A DNA stretch of 41,814 nucleotides from Candidatus Auribacterota bacterium (GTDB lineage Bacteria; Auribacterota; JAFGBW01): the NCBI GenBank assembly GCA_016932965.1, contig JAFGBW010000257.1:1-41814 (forward strand), written 5' to 3'. Below are positions 27,811 through 37,217 of the stretch, in pieces (position 1 is the stretch's first letter; every line of letters begins with the position of its first letter). The translations under genes and the position numbers were made by a program. The notes beneath the pieces were generated by a model. The model made no database searches. It saw nothing but the letters and a program-made list of their open reading frames with translations, and was not told the DNA's origin.

Positions 27811-28539
27811 TTATCTGCCGCAATTGCTTTTGACCCCCAATTCTTTGTTGATCATCCGTACAGCCAGCAACGGATCCGAATGAGAAATGACGGGTCGTCC
27901 GATAACCACATAATCAGCACCTGCCTTTACGGCCTCAAGTGGTGTCATGACCCTTTTTTGATCATGTTTATCAGCCCATTCAGGACGCACTCCCGGAGTA
28001 ACAATCATGAATGATTCTCCGCATGCTTTTCTGATCAAAACAGATTCTTCTGGAGATGCCACTACTCCGTCCACACCGGCTTTTTGAGCAAGGTGAGCAA
28101 GCCATGCCACCTGATCTTGAATGTCCAGCCCGCATCTCAACTCATTTTTCAGCATGTCATTACTAATACTCGTCAAAACAGTTACAGCTAATATTACAGG
28201 ACGCCGCTTTTTAAATTCACAGGAAGCTTTCTGAACCGATTCCACGGCTGCTTTCATCATGGATCCACCCCCTGTTGCATGAATCGTCAGCATATTCACA
28301 CCCAGTCTCACTGCTTCTCTGCAAGCCAATGCGACTGTGTTAGGAATATCATGAAATTTTAAATCCAGAAATACCTTCCCCCCTGCCTGTTGAACCTGCC
28401 TGATCACTGAAGGACCATATCGGGTGAAAAGCTGCTTACCCACTTTGAATAAAGCAACATCATTTTTCAACGTAAGGACATGAGAGATTGCCCTGGTTTT
28501 CGAATCCACATCCAGTGCCAGGATTATCCGGGTTCCCAT
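27811..28539 (-). CDS. pyrF: Orotidine-5'-phosphate decarboxylase
   Basis: ILALD, FLDLKFHDIPNT, VTVLTS, TPGVR, DQKR, IGRP. Confidence 0.97.
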   Translation of the reverse strand: MGTRIILALDVDSKTRAISHVLTLKNDVALFKVGKQLFTRYGPSVIRQVQQAGGKVFLDLKFHDIPNTVALACREAVRLGVNMLTIHATGGGSMMKAAVESVQKASCEFKKRRPVILAVTVLTSISNDMLKNELRCGLDIQDQVAWLAHLAQKAGVDGVVASPEESVLIRKACGESFMIVTPGVRPEWADKHDQKRVMTPLEAVKAGADYVVIGRPVISHSDPLLAVRMINKELGVKSNCGR

Positions 28540-29333
28540 TGGATCTCCTTTGACTCAAATACAGGTCCATCCATGCAGACCATTTTGTAAGCCTGTTTCT
28601 TATCTTTTACAGGAACCGCACAACCCATGCAAGCGCCAAACCCGCAACCCATGACCTGTTCCATCGCTAAATAAGCCGGAATACGCCTGTCTTCTCCGAA
28701 ATGTGCCACTGCTTTGAGCATGGGATATGGTCCGCAGGCAAGCATGGCTGAAACTTTTTTTCCCTGTTTCATATCCTCTTTAAGGGCATCAAGGCATGTC
28801 CCCTTTTTTCCAAGGCTTCCATTATCAGTGGAAAGGCTTATATCGAATTTCCATCTTTTCATCTGATCCAAAAAGAAAAAATGATCTGCATCACTAGCAC
28901 CCAGATACACTTTCACTTTGCAGGTGTCTGTTTTATGCGACTGAGCCAGACGTTTCATATAAAAAAAGATAGGAACGCAACCTATTCCTCCGCTTAAAAG
29001 AACCAAATGATTGACAGGGACGTTCGGGAAAGCATTGCCTAAGGGAAACAGTACTTTTAAGAATTCACCTTTTTTAATGAGGGAAAGCAGCTGCGTCCCT
29101 TTTCCAAGAATTTTATAAAAAATGGTTATCTTGCTTTTTCCCGCATCCAATATACTAAAAGGACGGGGGATCAGACTTTCTTTTGAAGGGAGCACCACGG
29201 TAAGGAATTGCCCTGGAAGAATAGAGTCTGTTTCTTCCGGACATTCCAATTGCATCAGACAAAAATTCTTCTGTATTTGACGATTGGAAAGAACTAACAA
29301 GGATCGGTGCTTTTCAATTATTTTTGATTTCAT
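28524..29333 (-). CDS. pyrK: Dihydroorotate dehydrogenase electron transfer subunit
   Basis: PGQF, RPFSI, GGIG, ACGP, EQVMGCGFGACMGC..VCMDGPVF 2Fe-2S motif. Confidence 0.92.
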   Translation of the reverse strand: MKSKIIEKHRSLLVLSNRQIQKNFCLMQLECPEETDSILPGQFLTVVLPSKESLIPRPFSILDAGKSKITIFYKILGKGTQLLSLIKKGEFLKVLFPLGNAFPNVPVNHLVLLSGGIGCVPIFFYMKRLAQSHKTDTCKVKVYLGASDADHFFFLDQMKRWKFDISLSTDNGSLGKKGTCLDALKEDMKQGKKVSAMLACGPYPMLKAVAHFGEDRRIPAYLAMEQVMGCGFGACMGCAVPVKDKKQAYKMVCMDGPVFESKEIQWEPG

Positions 29334-29378
29334 TTATCCTTTTCTTATTCAATCCGCATCTGGCTGCTATGAATTGAA

Positions 29379-29452
29379 TGTGCCTGGTGAGATTTGAACT
29401 CACGGCCCCATCCTTCGGAGGGATGTACTCTATCCAGCTGAGCTACAGGCAC
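29379..29452 (-). tRNA. tRNA-Arg (anticodon CCG), CCA not encoded
   Basis: GTGCCTG/CAGGCAC acceptor stem, D arm GCTC..GAGT, anticodon arm CATCC-CTCCGAA-GGATG, T arm GTGAG-TTCAAAT-CTCAC. Confidence 0.96.
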
Positions 29453-29467
29453 AAATAATTGCGTAAC

Positions 29468-29496
29468 ATAATACCGTCAGAGACGGTTGCTGTCAT
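29468..29496 (-). promoter_or_regulatory. Sigma-70-type promoter for tRNA-Arg(-pyrK-pyrF)
   Basis: Minus strand ATGACA-17 nt-TATTAT, ending 15 nt upstream of the tRNA. Confidence 0.65.
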
Positions 29497-29532
29497 CATA
29501 TGATAATCGCTCAATACAGATGAATTTTATAT

Positions 29533-29644
29533 CACGTGGAACACGAAGAGCACGAAGAAAAATCAAAAAAATACAAATGCTTAAAAAGGATTATACAAAC
29601 ATTCTTAACATCAAGTGTTGGGATTGTTTCGTGCCCTTTGTGAT
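29533..29644. repeat. Nonamer-armed inverted repeat
   Basis: CACGTGGAA CACGAAGAG CACGAAGAA (29533-29559); right arm 29628-29644 reads ATCACAAAGGGCACGAA on the minus strand. Confidence 0.65.
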
Positions 29645-29739
29645 GAATCATTCTATTATTTTCCGGAGTGAGCAGATTTGTGAATCCTGCCCATGAGATG
29701 AAACTTCACTCGATATCTCTTCATCGCTCACTGAAATAA

Positions 29740-30366
29740 CTAGTTGAGCGGCAGGACGACCTTCACTTCAACCTTGCTGTCAGAAGCATGAAACGTAAAA
29801 TCGGTTTTTCCCTGATAAAATTCGGCCATCGTGATGAGAAAAATAGATAACGCATCTTTATGGAATCCGGAACCGGACTGAAATTCAAGGAGCATCTGAA
29901 ACTGATCTTGAATCAATCCGCTGTGAAAGCCTATCTCCGTATCAGGCAGGGCATTTCTGCAAGCGTATTGGAATAAGGTCATGATCAATAAAAACATCTG
30001 TCTCTCATCCATGAGCAATGCGACTTTTTTTCGTCCTATTTTCTTGTTGATTTTTAATGATTTGCCTTCCAGACAAGTCCGGTTGAATTTCTCCGCTTCC
30101 TGAAACAGGGGATCCATTTCAAAAGCCTTCACGTCTTCTTTCCCGTTAGTTCCAAGTCTCGCCATCTCAAGAGTCATGTCAAAAAAATGGTTCAGCCTGG
30201 CCATTTCCTCTTTGGCAATTTTCTGGCATTTTTTCTGGGTTTCATTCAGGGAGCCGATCGTCTCTTCTCCCAGGAGGGAAATGGCCTCTTTCACCGAAGT
30301 CAACGGAGTACGCACATCATGAGAAAGTGCTTTAAGGCATTCTTGCTTTTTTTGAATGATATCCAT
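29740..30366 (-). CDS. Histidine pseudo-kinase (intact H-box, degenerate ATPase domain)
   Basis: LSHDVRTPLTSVK; N-box reduced to TLFQYACRN; no DxGxG Asp, F box or G2 box; no sensor domain. Confidence 0.75.
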   Translation of the reverse strand: MDIIQKKQECLKALSHDVRTPLTSVKEAISLLGEETIGSLNETQKKCQKIAKEEMARLNHFFDMTLEMARLGTNGKEDVKAFEMDPLFQEAEKFNRTCLEGKSLKINKKIGRKKVALLMDERQMFLLIMTLFQYACRNALPDTEIGFHSGLIQDQFQMLLEFQSGSGFHKDALSIFLITMAEFYQGKTDFTFHASDSKVEVKVVLPLN

Positions 30367-30374
30367 GAAACCGG

Positions 30375-32057
30375 TTAAACGCCTCCTACAGGCAAAATCA
30401 CGGTGAAAGTGGAACCTTTACTCAAAACGGAATCCACTTCGATTTTTCCTCCATGCAGAGCAACCAGCTTCTGAACAATGGCAAGCCCAAGCCCTGTCCC
30501 ACCTATGTTGGAAGTCTGGGCATTGTTGATCCGGTAAAATTTCTGGAAAAGCCGGGACATGTCGTCTGGTTTCATTCCCATTCCCTGATCGGAAATAGCC
30601 ACCCTGATGGAGGATTCTTTTTCAAACACCTTGACTCTGATTTCACCGCCATTGGGAGAATATTTAACAGCATTATTAACCAGATTGTAAATCACCTGGG
30701 TCATTCGATCCTTGTCAATATTGACCTTGGGCAGTCCCAGAGCAATATCAGGAACGATGGTATGGATTTGAGTCTGCATCTGGCATAATTTGGCAACATT
30801 ATTGACAATTTCATCCAGATGCATGTGTTTGCATTCCAGTTGTATTTTACCGGATTCAATGGAAGCGATGTCGAGCATATTTTCTACCAGAGAGCTCAAC
30901 CGATGGGTCTCATCCTCAATGGTTTTCAAAAACATGGTTCTGCTGTCCACGTCTTCCGGGTCCACGCGGTTCACCAGCGTATCAATATACGCCCGAATCG
31001 TGGCAAGAGGGCTTCTTAAATCATGGGAAACCATGGAAACAAAATCGTCCTTTAATTTATCAAGATCCCGTAAACGCTGCAATTCCCTGGAGGCGGTCAT
31101 GTCCCTGGCAATCAATGTAATGCCGGAGAGTTCTTCATTTTCATCCCTCAATAAAGATGTGGAAAGCCCGTACGGAATGGTGACTCCTCCAGGAAGCTCA
31201 AATTCCATCTGGTAATCCATGACAAAACCGTCCCGTTCGGTTTGCTCAATGAGAATCCTGACCATTTCAGCCAGGGATTTCGGCAGAACCTGCTGATAAT
31301 GCCTTCCTACAGCGTTGATATCTGAAATTCCAAACATGACAGAGGCATTGTGATTGAGATGGGTGATCTCTCGTTTCCCGTTGAAGGTGATGACTCCGTT
31401 GATCAAGGATTCTAAAATATTCGTGGTGAATTTTTTCATTTTTTCCAGATCACTGTTTTGTTCGCGCAGGTTTTCATAGAGAATCACATTTTCAATGGCA
31501 ATAGAAGCCTGTCCGGCTGCCAGCTGAAGAATCTCTCTGGTCTGAAGCGTCAAAAGATCATCCGCCCTGCTGTTGATTTGCACGAGCATGACCCCCAATA
31601 ATTGGCCGACTGTCAGAAAGGGGACGGCCAGCAGGCAGGAATTTTTATTTTCCTCTTTGGATGCGGAAATGGTCGAAATCTGTTTTTCATTCAATATCCA
31701 TGTCAGAATGGATTCATTGATATCATAAAGATTTTGCACATAAGCATCGTCAATCAGGTCATTGTAGGATGACACAAAAGATAAATCCTCCTGACTTAAA
31801 CGGTAATAAATGTATCCGGAACACTGAAAAAAAGATCTGATGATGGAGATGAATTCCTTGATGATTTCACTGTTATCTTTTAAAGAAGCGATCCCTTTTA
31901 ACATATTTTGAAGAGCGGACATTTCATCCAGCGAATGGCGTATCCCTTCATTGGCTTTCTTCAGGTAAACAATGTCCTGTTCAAGTTCCTTGATCTTATT
32001 TTCCTGAATTCCCACGTTAATTCCTTTCCTAACATCATGACTCACCGCAGCTGACAC
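30375..32057 (-). CDS. Soluble GAF-PAS sensor histidine kinase
   Basis: LAVPF..QASIAIEN (GAF), ILESLINGVI..ARDMT (PAS), SHDLRSPL, NLVNNAVKY, DQGMG, GGTGLGL; no TM segment. Confidence 0.95.
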   Translation of the reverse strand: MSAAVSHDVRKGINVGIQENKIKELEQDIVYLKKANEGIRHSLDEMSALQNMLKGIASLKDNSEIIKEFISIIRSFFQCSGYIYYRLSQEDLSFVSSYNDLIDDAYVQNLYDINESILTWILNEKQISTISASKEENKNSCLLAVPFLTVGQLLGVMLVQINSRADDLLTLQTREILQLAAGQASIAIENVILYENLREQNSDLEKMKKFTTNILESLINGVITFNGKREITHLNHNASVMFGISDINAVGRHYQQVLPKSLAEMVRILIEQTERDGFVMDYQMEFELPGGVTIPYGLSTSLLRDENEELSGITLIARDMTASRELQRLRDLDKLKDDFVSMVSHDLRSPLATIRAYIDTLVNRVDPEDVDSRTMFLKTIEDETHRLSSLVENMLDIASIESGKIQLECKHMHLDEIVNNVAKLCQMQTQIHTIVPDIALGLPKVNIDKDRMTQVIYNLVNNAVKYSPNGGEIRVKVFEKESSIRVAISDQGMGMKPDDMSRLFQKFYRINNAQTSNIGGTGLGLAIVQKLVALHGGKIEVDSVLSKGSTFTVILPVGGV

Positions 32058-32079
32058 GCTTGAAGCCTGATGCGTTCGA

Positions 32080-32967
32080 CTAACTCAGCATGTTAAAAAA
32101 TATCTCCGTTTTCCTCACCTCAGAAGCAATTTCTTCCAGAATTTCCGGCAGAATATCCGATGTCAGTTTAAGCAGTTTCCAGGCGTCTGGATTGGCCTTG
32201 GGGATTAAATCATAGCCTGAATTCCCGATTTCAATGGCATGAGTAAGCACATTCGCTATATGAATGATAGACGTGATTTGAAAATGATGACTGGCAGAGG
32301 AAGGGGCATGATGATTGCCGATCACCTGGATCATTTCTTCATTCAGATTCCACCTCTTTCCCAGCCAGGCTCCGATTTCGCAGTGGGAGACTCCGTCCAT
32401 CACTTCCTTTTCCGCATCAATGATGAAACACCCCTTCTCCTTGACCAGCCGCAAGACCTGCTCAAATTGTTCATGAAAATACTGATCCAGGACCATTTTT
32501 CCAAGATCATGCATGAGGCCCGCAAGAAACGCTTCTTCTGTTTCCTTCAATTGAAGCTTTTTCGCCAAAACACGGGAAGCAGCTCCCACACCGAGGGAAT
32601 GCTTCCAGAAAGCGACACGATTAAACGAGGAGGTTTCATTTTTATCCTTGCTGAAAGAAGAAAAAACCGAAGCCGACATGGCCGTGGCTTTCACGGCGTT
32701 GAATCCTAAAATCACAATGGCATGGGTGATGGTTTTAATCCTGCTTGGAAAACCATAAAAAGGGGAATTCACCACTTTTAAAATTTTAGTGGCGAGAGCC
32801 TGATCCGATGAAATGGCCTGACCGACCTCATTGGCTGAGACTTTTGGATTCTGCATCAACTGGGTCACACGGGAAAGAACCGTAGGGAGAGTAGGCAGAG
32901 ACAGTATTTCTTCGATGATTTTTTTTATCCGTGATTGGGATGGGGAAAGGGGTTCGGCTGTTGTCAT
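32080..32967 (-). CDS. HDOD-domain protein
   Basis: LPTLP, DQALATKILKVVNSPFYG, FWKHS, GLMHDLGK, HCEIGAWL..W, NHH. Confidence 0.92.
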   Translation of the reverse strand: MTTAEPLSPSQSRIKKIIEEILSLPTLPTVLSRVTQLMQNPKVSANEVGQAISSDQALATKILKVVNSPFYGFPSRIKTITHAIVILGFNAVKATAMSASVFSSFSKDKNETSSFNRVAFWKHSLGVGAASRVLAKKLQLKETEEAFLAGLMHDLGKMVLDQYFHEQFEQVLRLVKEKGCFIIDAEKEVMDGVSHCEIGAWLGKRWNLNEEMIQVIGNHHAPSSASHHFQITSIIHIANVLTHAIEIGNSGYDLIPKANPDAWKLLKLTSDILPEILEEIASEVRKTEIFFNMLS

Positions 32968-33329
32968 GGCGAGCTTGGTTTGGCTTCCTGCTGGCCGGCT
33001 TTCTGAAAATAGACTTTCACGCCTTCATAAATTTCTTTCATGATGGGATCATCCAACACAGGCTTAAAACGCTCATTCAAACGTTTTTCCTGTTCAGCAT
33101 TCATGACCGGAAGCGCCATGGACATGTCTTCTCCGGATGAAGCGTCGGTTTCTCCTCCGTTGGCAGCACCTTCGCAAATCACGGACTGAACATTCCATTT
33201 TTTGAGACGGGCTATCATCATTTCCGACAATACACTTCCCGGATGAAGCAAAACCATGCCCTTGTCATTGATGACTTTTTCCTTAATGACCATTCCTTCT
33301 TTTGCCTTTTCGATGGGGATCTGAGGCAT
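32964..33329 (-). CDS. Small HDOD/HD-GYP-associated hypothetical protein
   Basis: EGMVIKEKVINDKGMVLL..GSVLSE..IARLKKWNV resembles the small domain found N-terminal to HD-GYP proteins; AAGGA RBS; ATGA overlap with the HDOD gene. Confidence 0.65.
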   Translation of the reverse strand: MPQIPIEKAKEGMVIKEKVINDKGMVLLHPGSVLSEMMIARLKKWNVQSVICEGAANGGETDASSGEDMSMALPVMNAEQEKRLNERFKPVLDDPIMKEIYEGVKVYFQKAGQQEAKPSSP

Positions 33330-33356
33330 GAAATTCCTTTCAAAAAAAGGCAAGAA

Positions 33357-33752
33357 TCATTGAGCGGTTTTGGGAGCGTCGGGAGGGCCTACGATTTCAA
33401 CGATCTTATTATAGAGTTCTTCAAACTTAAACGGTTTGACCATATAACTGGTGGCGCCTGACTGGAGTCCTTCCAGAACGTCTTTTCTCTGGGATTTGGC
33501 CGTCACCATGACAATAGGAATATTTTTTGTGACTTCGTTTAATTTGAGACGGCGGCAGGTTTCAAAACCGTCGATTCCGGGCATCATGGCATCCAATAAA
33601 ATCATGTCGGGCTTTTCAGCAGCAGCGATTTCAATTCCCTTCTCACCGTTTCCGGCAGTCAATGTTTTGAATCCCTTTTTCTGAAGATCAAAACTCAAGA
33701 TATACCGGAGTGCCCCGTGATCATCGATGATTAAAATTGATTTTTCGCCCAT
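33357..33752 (-). CDS. Single-domain response regulator (receiver)
   Basis: ILIIDD, PDMILLDAMMPGIDG, IVMVTA, YMVKPF; start trimmed to ATG 33752. Confidence 0.93.
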   Translation of the reverse strand: MGEKSILIIDDHGALRYILSFDLQKKGFKTLTAGNGEKGIEIAAAEKPDMILLDAMMPGIDGFETCRRLKLNEVTKNIPIVMVTAKSQRKDVLEGLQSGATSYMVKPFKFEELYNKIVEIVGPPDAPKTAQ

Positions 33753-33850
33753 ATGATTTTTCCCTATGTAATCAAATATTCTTATTGCTTTCCATTTTAA
33801 AACAAATGTTAACAAAAATGGCGAGACTTGGAAAAGAAAAAAATAATAAT

Positions 33851-35776
33851 TTATCCGATCGCTTTCAATAATATTTTATTCATACGGGTATTATATGATT
33901 TGGGATCCTTGATTTTGGATCCTTCAGCCAAGAGAGCCTGATCATAAAGAACGCTGATCCAATCCTGAAGGTCTTCTTCTTTTATCCCTTTCTCTGTCAT
34001 GGATTGCAAATGCTGGATGAGGGCATGATTGGGGTTGATCTCTAAAATCCTTTTCGAACGAAAATCCATCTGCTTGGAAGCTTTCAGAATACGCTCCATA
34101 TGGGCGCTCATTTCACCTTCATCTGAGACCAGACAGCAGGGACTGTCCACCAGTCTGGTCGTGGTTCGGACGGATTTGATCTCATCCTGAAGAATTTTCC
34201 GGAAAAGATCTTCGATTCCTTTTAATTTTTTTTCATCTTCTTTCGCTTTCTCCCTAGCTTCTTTATCCAAATCCCCCAGGTCCAGCTCACCTCTGCCAGC
34301 GGAAACCACTTTTTTCCCTTCGTATTCAGGAATAACGGAAAACATCCATTCATCCACCGGATCTGTCAGGTACAGGACTTCCATCTGATTCTTTCTGAAA
34401 ATTTCCAGATGAGGAGAAGCCTCAATTTCTTCCCTCGTTTCCCCCGGCAAATAGTAGATCTCTTTCTGACCGTCTTTCATCCTTGAACAATAAGTTTTGA
34501 GACTGACCCAGCTTTTCTCATCCTGGCTCGCTGAAGAATAAAAACGAAGCAAGGCAATCAATTTGTCCCTGTTTTCCTGGTCCAGGTACACCCCTTCCTT
34601 CAGCGCCATGCCGAATTCTTTCCAGAAGGCATGATATCTATCCGGCTCCTTAGAAGAGAGTTCCGTTAATACATCCAGTACCTTTTTGACCAGGGCTTTT
34701 CTGATTTTTTCAACCGTCTTATTCTGCTGGAGAATTTCGCGGGAGATATTCAACGGCAAATCTTCCGTGTCCACCATGCCTCTCACAAACCTCAAATAGG
34801 CTGGCATCAGCTCCTTGCAGCTGTCCATGATGAAAACACGCTTCACATATAGGTTAACCCCCTTGGATTCATGATGATGAAAAAAATCCAACGGCGCTTT
34901 TGTTGGAATAAACAGGATGGAATTAAACGCAATCACTCCTTCCTGTGAAAAATGCACTTTGGTAAGAGGCTTTTCAAAGTCATGGGAAATCTGTTTATAA
35001 AATTCATCATACATGTCATCGGTTATTTCCTTTTTCGGACGAATCCATAAAGGCTGCCCTGTGTTCACCACTTCGTATTCCGTGCTTTTCTTTTCGGGCT
35101 CCTTTTTCTTCTCTTCTTCACTTCGATTATCCGTTTTGGGCATGAGAATGGGATAAGAAACATAATCAGAAAATTTTCTAATCACGGAACGGACCTTCCA
35201 GTTTTCAAGAAATTCTTCGCCTTCCTCATTCAAATGCAGGATGACCTCTGTGCCCCGGTTTTTTTTCTCTGCGGGTTCAATGGTATAACTGCCTTTACCC
35301 GTAGATTCCCATTTCCAGGCTTCTTTTTCCCCTGCTTTTCTGGAAAAGAGCGTGACCTTCTTGGAAACCATGAAAACCGAATAAAAACCCACGCCAAACT
35401 GGCCGATCAGGGACAGATTTTTGGCCTGATCCTGGGACATAGCCTGAATAAAATCTTTTGAGCCTGAACTGGCAATGGTACCGATATTTTGAATGATCTC
35501 TTCGTGATTCATGCCGATCCCATTATCGGAAATGATGAAAATCTTGGCATCCTTATCCAAAGAAATTTTGATTTCAAAGCGGGAATCATCCTCCAGTAGT
35601 TCCTTTTTAGTCAGGGATAAAAACCGGATTTTATCTATGGCGTCCGAGGAATTGGAAATCAATTCCCTGATAAAAATGTCTTTGTTGCTGTATAAAGAAT
35701 GGGCCATTAAATCCAGGAGTTGCTGGATCTGGGTTTCAAAACTGCGGGTCTCAATAGTGGGCGTTCTCTCCGTCAT
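33851..35776 (-). CDS. htpG: Hsp90 chaperone HtpG
   Basis: HSLYSNKDIFIRELISNSSDA, DNGIGM, IGQFGVGFYS, LPLNISREILQ, LEINPNH. Confidence 0.98.
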   Translation of the reverse strand: MTERTPTIETRSFETQIQQLLDLMAHSLYSNKDIFIRELISNSSDAIDKIRFLSLTKKELLEDDSRFEIKISLDKDAKIFIISDNGIGMNHEEIIQNIGTIASSGSKDFIQAMSQDQAKNLSLIGQFGVGFYSVFMVSKKVTLFSRKAGEKEAWKWESTGKGSYTIEPAEKKNRGTEVILHLNEEGEEFLENWKVRSVIRKFSDYVSYPILMPKTDNRSEEEKKKEPEKKSTEYEVVNTGQPLWIRPKKEITDDMYDEFYKQISHDFEKPLTKVHFSQEGVIAFNSILFIPTKAPLDFFHHHESKGVNLYVKRVFIMDSCKELMPAYLRFVRGMVDTEDLPLNISREILQQNKTVEKIRKALVKKVLDVLTELSSKEPDRYHAFWKEFGMALKEGVYLDQENRDKLIALLRFYSSASQDEKSWVSLKTYCSRMKDGQKEIYYLPGETREEIEASPHLEIFRKNQMEVLYLTDPVDEWMFSVIPEYEGKKVVSAGRGELDLGDLDKEAREKAKEDEKKLKGIEDLFRKILQDEIKSVRTTTRLVDSPCCLVSDEGEMSAHMERILKASKQMDFRSKRILEINPNHALIQHLQSMTEKGIKEEDLQDWISVLYDQALLAEGSKIKDPKSYNTRMNKILLKAIG

Positions 35777-35812
35777 GATTTTTTCCTTCTGTCTATATTT
35801 AATAGTTGATTC

Positions 35813-36685
35813 TTATTCATCAGCATGAATGTATTTCCTAATGATCTCATGCAATTCCGTTCGGGCGGGTTCCGGAATCTCATCAGGGCGTGTGATCATG
35901 CTGTTTTTCAAGGCGTCCTGACAAGTGCATTTTTTTTCCGTTTGGCCCATGTTGTTAATGACGGCAGCGATAATCATTTTGGCGTTCTCCGCGTTGTCCT
36001 GAAGAACTTTAAGAATCGTATCCGTTGTGACCGCTTCCTCTTCCTCGTGCCAGCAGTCGTAATCCGTGACAAAGGCTAACGTCGCGTAACAGATTTCCGC
36101 CTCCCGCGCAAGGCGCGCTTCTGTCAGATTTGTCATGCCGATCACATCGAATCCGAAACTGCGATAGGTATTGGATTCTGCCCGGGTGGAAAACTGAGGC
36201 CCTTCCATGTTCACGTAGGTCCCTTTTGGATGAAACGTGCCTTTTAATTTTTTGGCTGTTGAAAGAATCCGTTCGCGAAGATCCGGACAAACCGGATCGC
36301 CAAATGCAACATGGGCCACAAAACCATTACCGAAAAAAGTATTCTGGCGTTTTGTCGTCCTGTCGAAGAACTGATCCACGATCACCACATCTCTGGGTTT
36401 GTATTGTTTTTGTAAGGATCCCACTGCACTGATGGAGAGGATTTCGGAAACCCCTAATTTTTTCATTCCGTAAATATTAGCACGGTAATTCACTTCCGAA
36501 GGAAGCAGACGATGCCCTTTCCCATGCCGCGGGAGGAATACTACTTCTTTGCCTGAAATTAGACCTATGGCATAGGCATCAGAAGGCGTTCCATACGGGG
36601 TATCCACCTTCTTTTGTGTCACATCCCCATTGTCAAATAAGGAGTAGAGCCCGCTGCCTCCAATGACTCCGATTCGTTTGCTCAT
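35813..36685 (-). CDS. mtnP: S-methyl-5'-thioadenosine phosphorylase
   Basis: IGVIGGSGLY, LPRHG, NYRANI, MEGPQFSTRAES, IGMT, VTDYDCW. Confidence 0.93.
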   Translation of the reverse strand: MSKRIGVIGGSGLYSLFDNGDVTQKKVDTPYGTPSDAYAIGLISGKEVVFLPRHGKGHRLLPSEVNYRANIYGMKKLGVSEILSISAVGSLQKQYKPRDVVIVDQFFDRTTKRQNTFFGNGFVAHVAFGDPVCPDLRERILSTAKKLKGTFHPKGTYVNMEGPQFSTRAESNTYRSFGFDVIGMTNLTEARLAREAEICYATLAFVTDYDCWHEEEEAVTTDTILKVLQDNAENAKMIIAAVINNMGQTEKKCTCQDALKNSMITRPDEIPEPARTELHEIIRKYIHADE

Positions 36686-36779
36686 TTCTTGTTCCTTTCA
36701 ATAGTGCTATCCGTAATGATTTAGTTTCTTACAAAAAAGGATAAAGACCGGATGCACAGGATCAAAAAGAAAATTCGGC

Positions 36780-37217
36780 TTAAGGCGAAATGAGATTCTG
36801 TTGATCCTGACCATTCTGTCTAAAAACGATTCCTTCTATCAACTTGAAAAAAAGAATCATTAATTTTATTTTCAAAAATATCCAGCGTAAAAAACTGATC
36901 CATTTATGATACTCAGCCGACTCAAATGGCGGGATTTTGTTTCCCGGTACTATTTTCGTCACCCTCCCTAAAATGGCATGATAAGGCATCGCTGTATCCG
37001 GAACGAGCTGTTGATCCCCCCGTGATATAAAAAATTGTTTTCCCAGCCAGGCCACTCTGTGTACAACCAGCGTGTGATCCTGAGGGTTCTTGAAACAGAC
37101 CAGGTCATTTATTTCAGGTTTACCTTCTCTTTGAAGGAAAACTTCATCTCCAGGCATCAATACCGGGATCATGCTGCTTCCCGTAATGATCAGCGAAGAT
37201 GGGACTGCTTCCTGCAT
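36780..37217 (-). CDS. S24/S26-family peptidase (Ser-His type)
   Basis: GSSMIPVL.PGD, VVHRV, RGD..PD, ILGRV; hydrophobic C-terminal segment. Confidence 0.8.
   Translation of the reverse strand: MQEAVPSSLIITGSSMIPVLMPGDEVFLQREGKPEINDLVCFKNPQDHTLVVHRVAWLGKQFFISRGDQQLVPDTAMPYHAILGRVTKIVPGNKIPPFESAEYHKWISFLRWIFLKIKLMILFFKLIEGIVFRQNGQDQQNLISP

Noticed and set aside
29379-29452. tRNA as an integration site for an island or prophage
   Set aside because: No integrase and no duplicated tRNA 3' end seen; a housekeeping gene lies directly downstream.
29487-29696. 69-aa ORF upstream of the tRNA
   Set aside because: Overlaps the tRNA promoter and the nonamer repeat; its TRRARR stretch is just the repeat translated.
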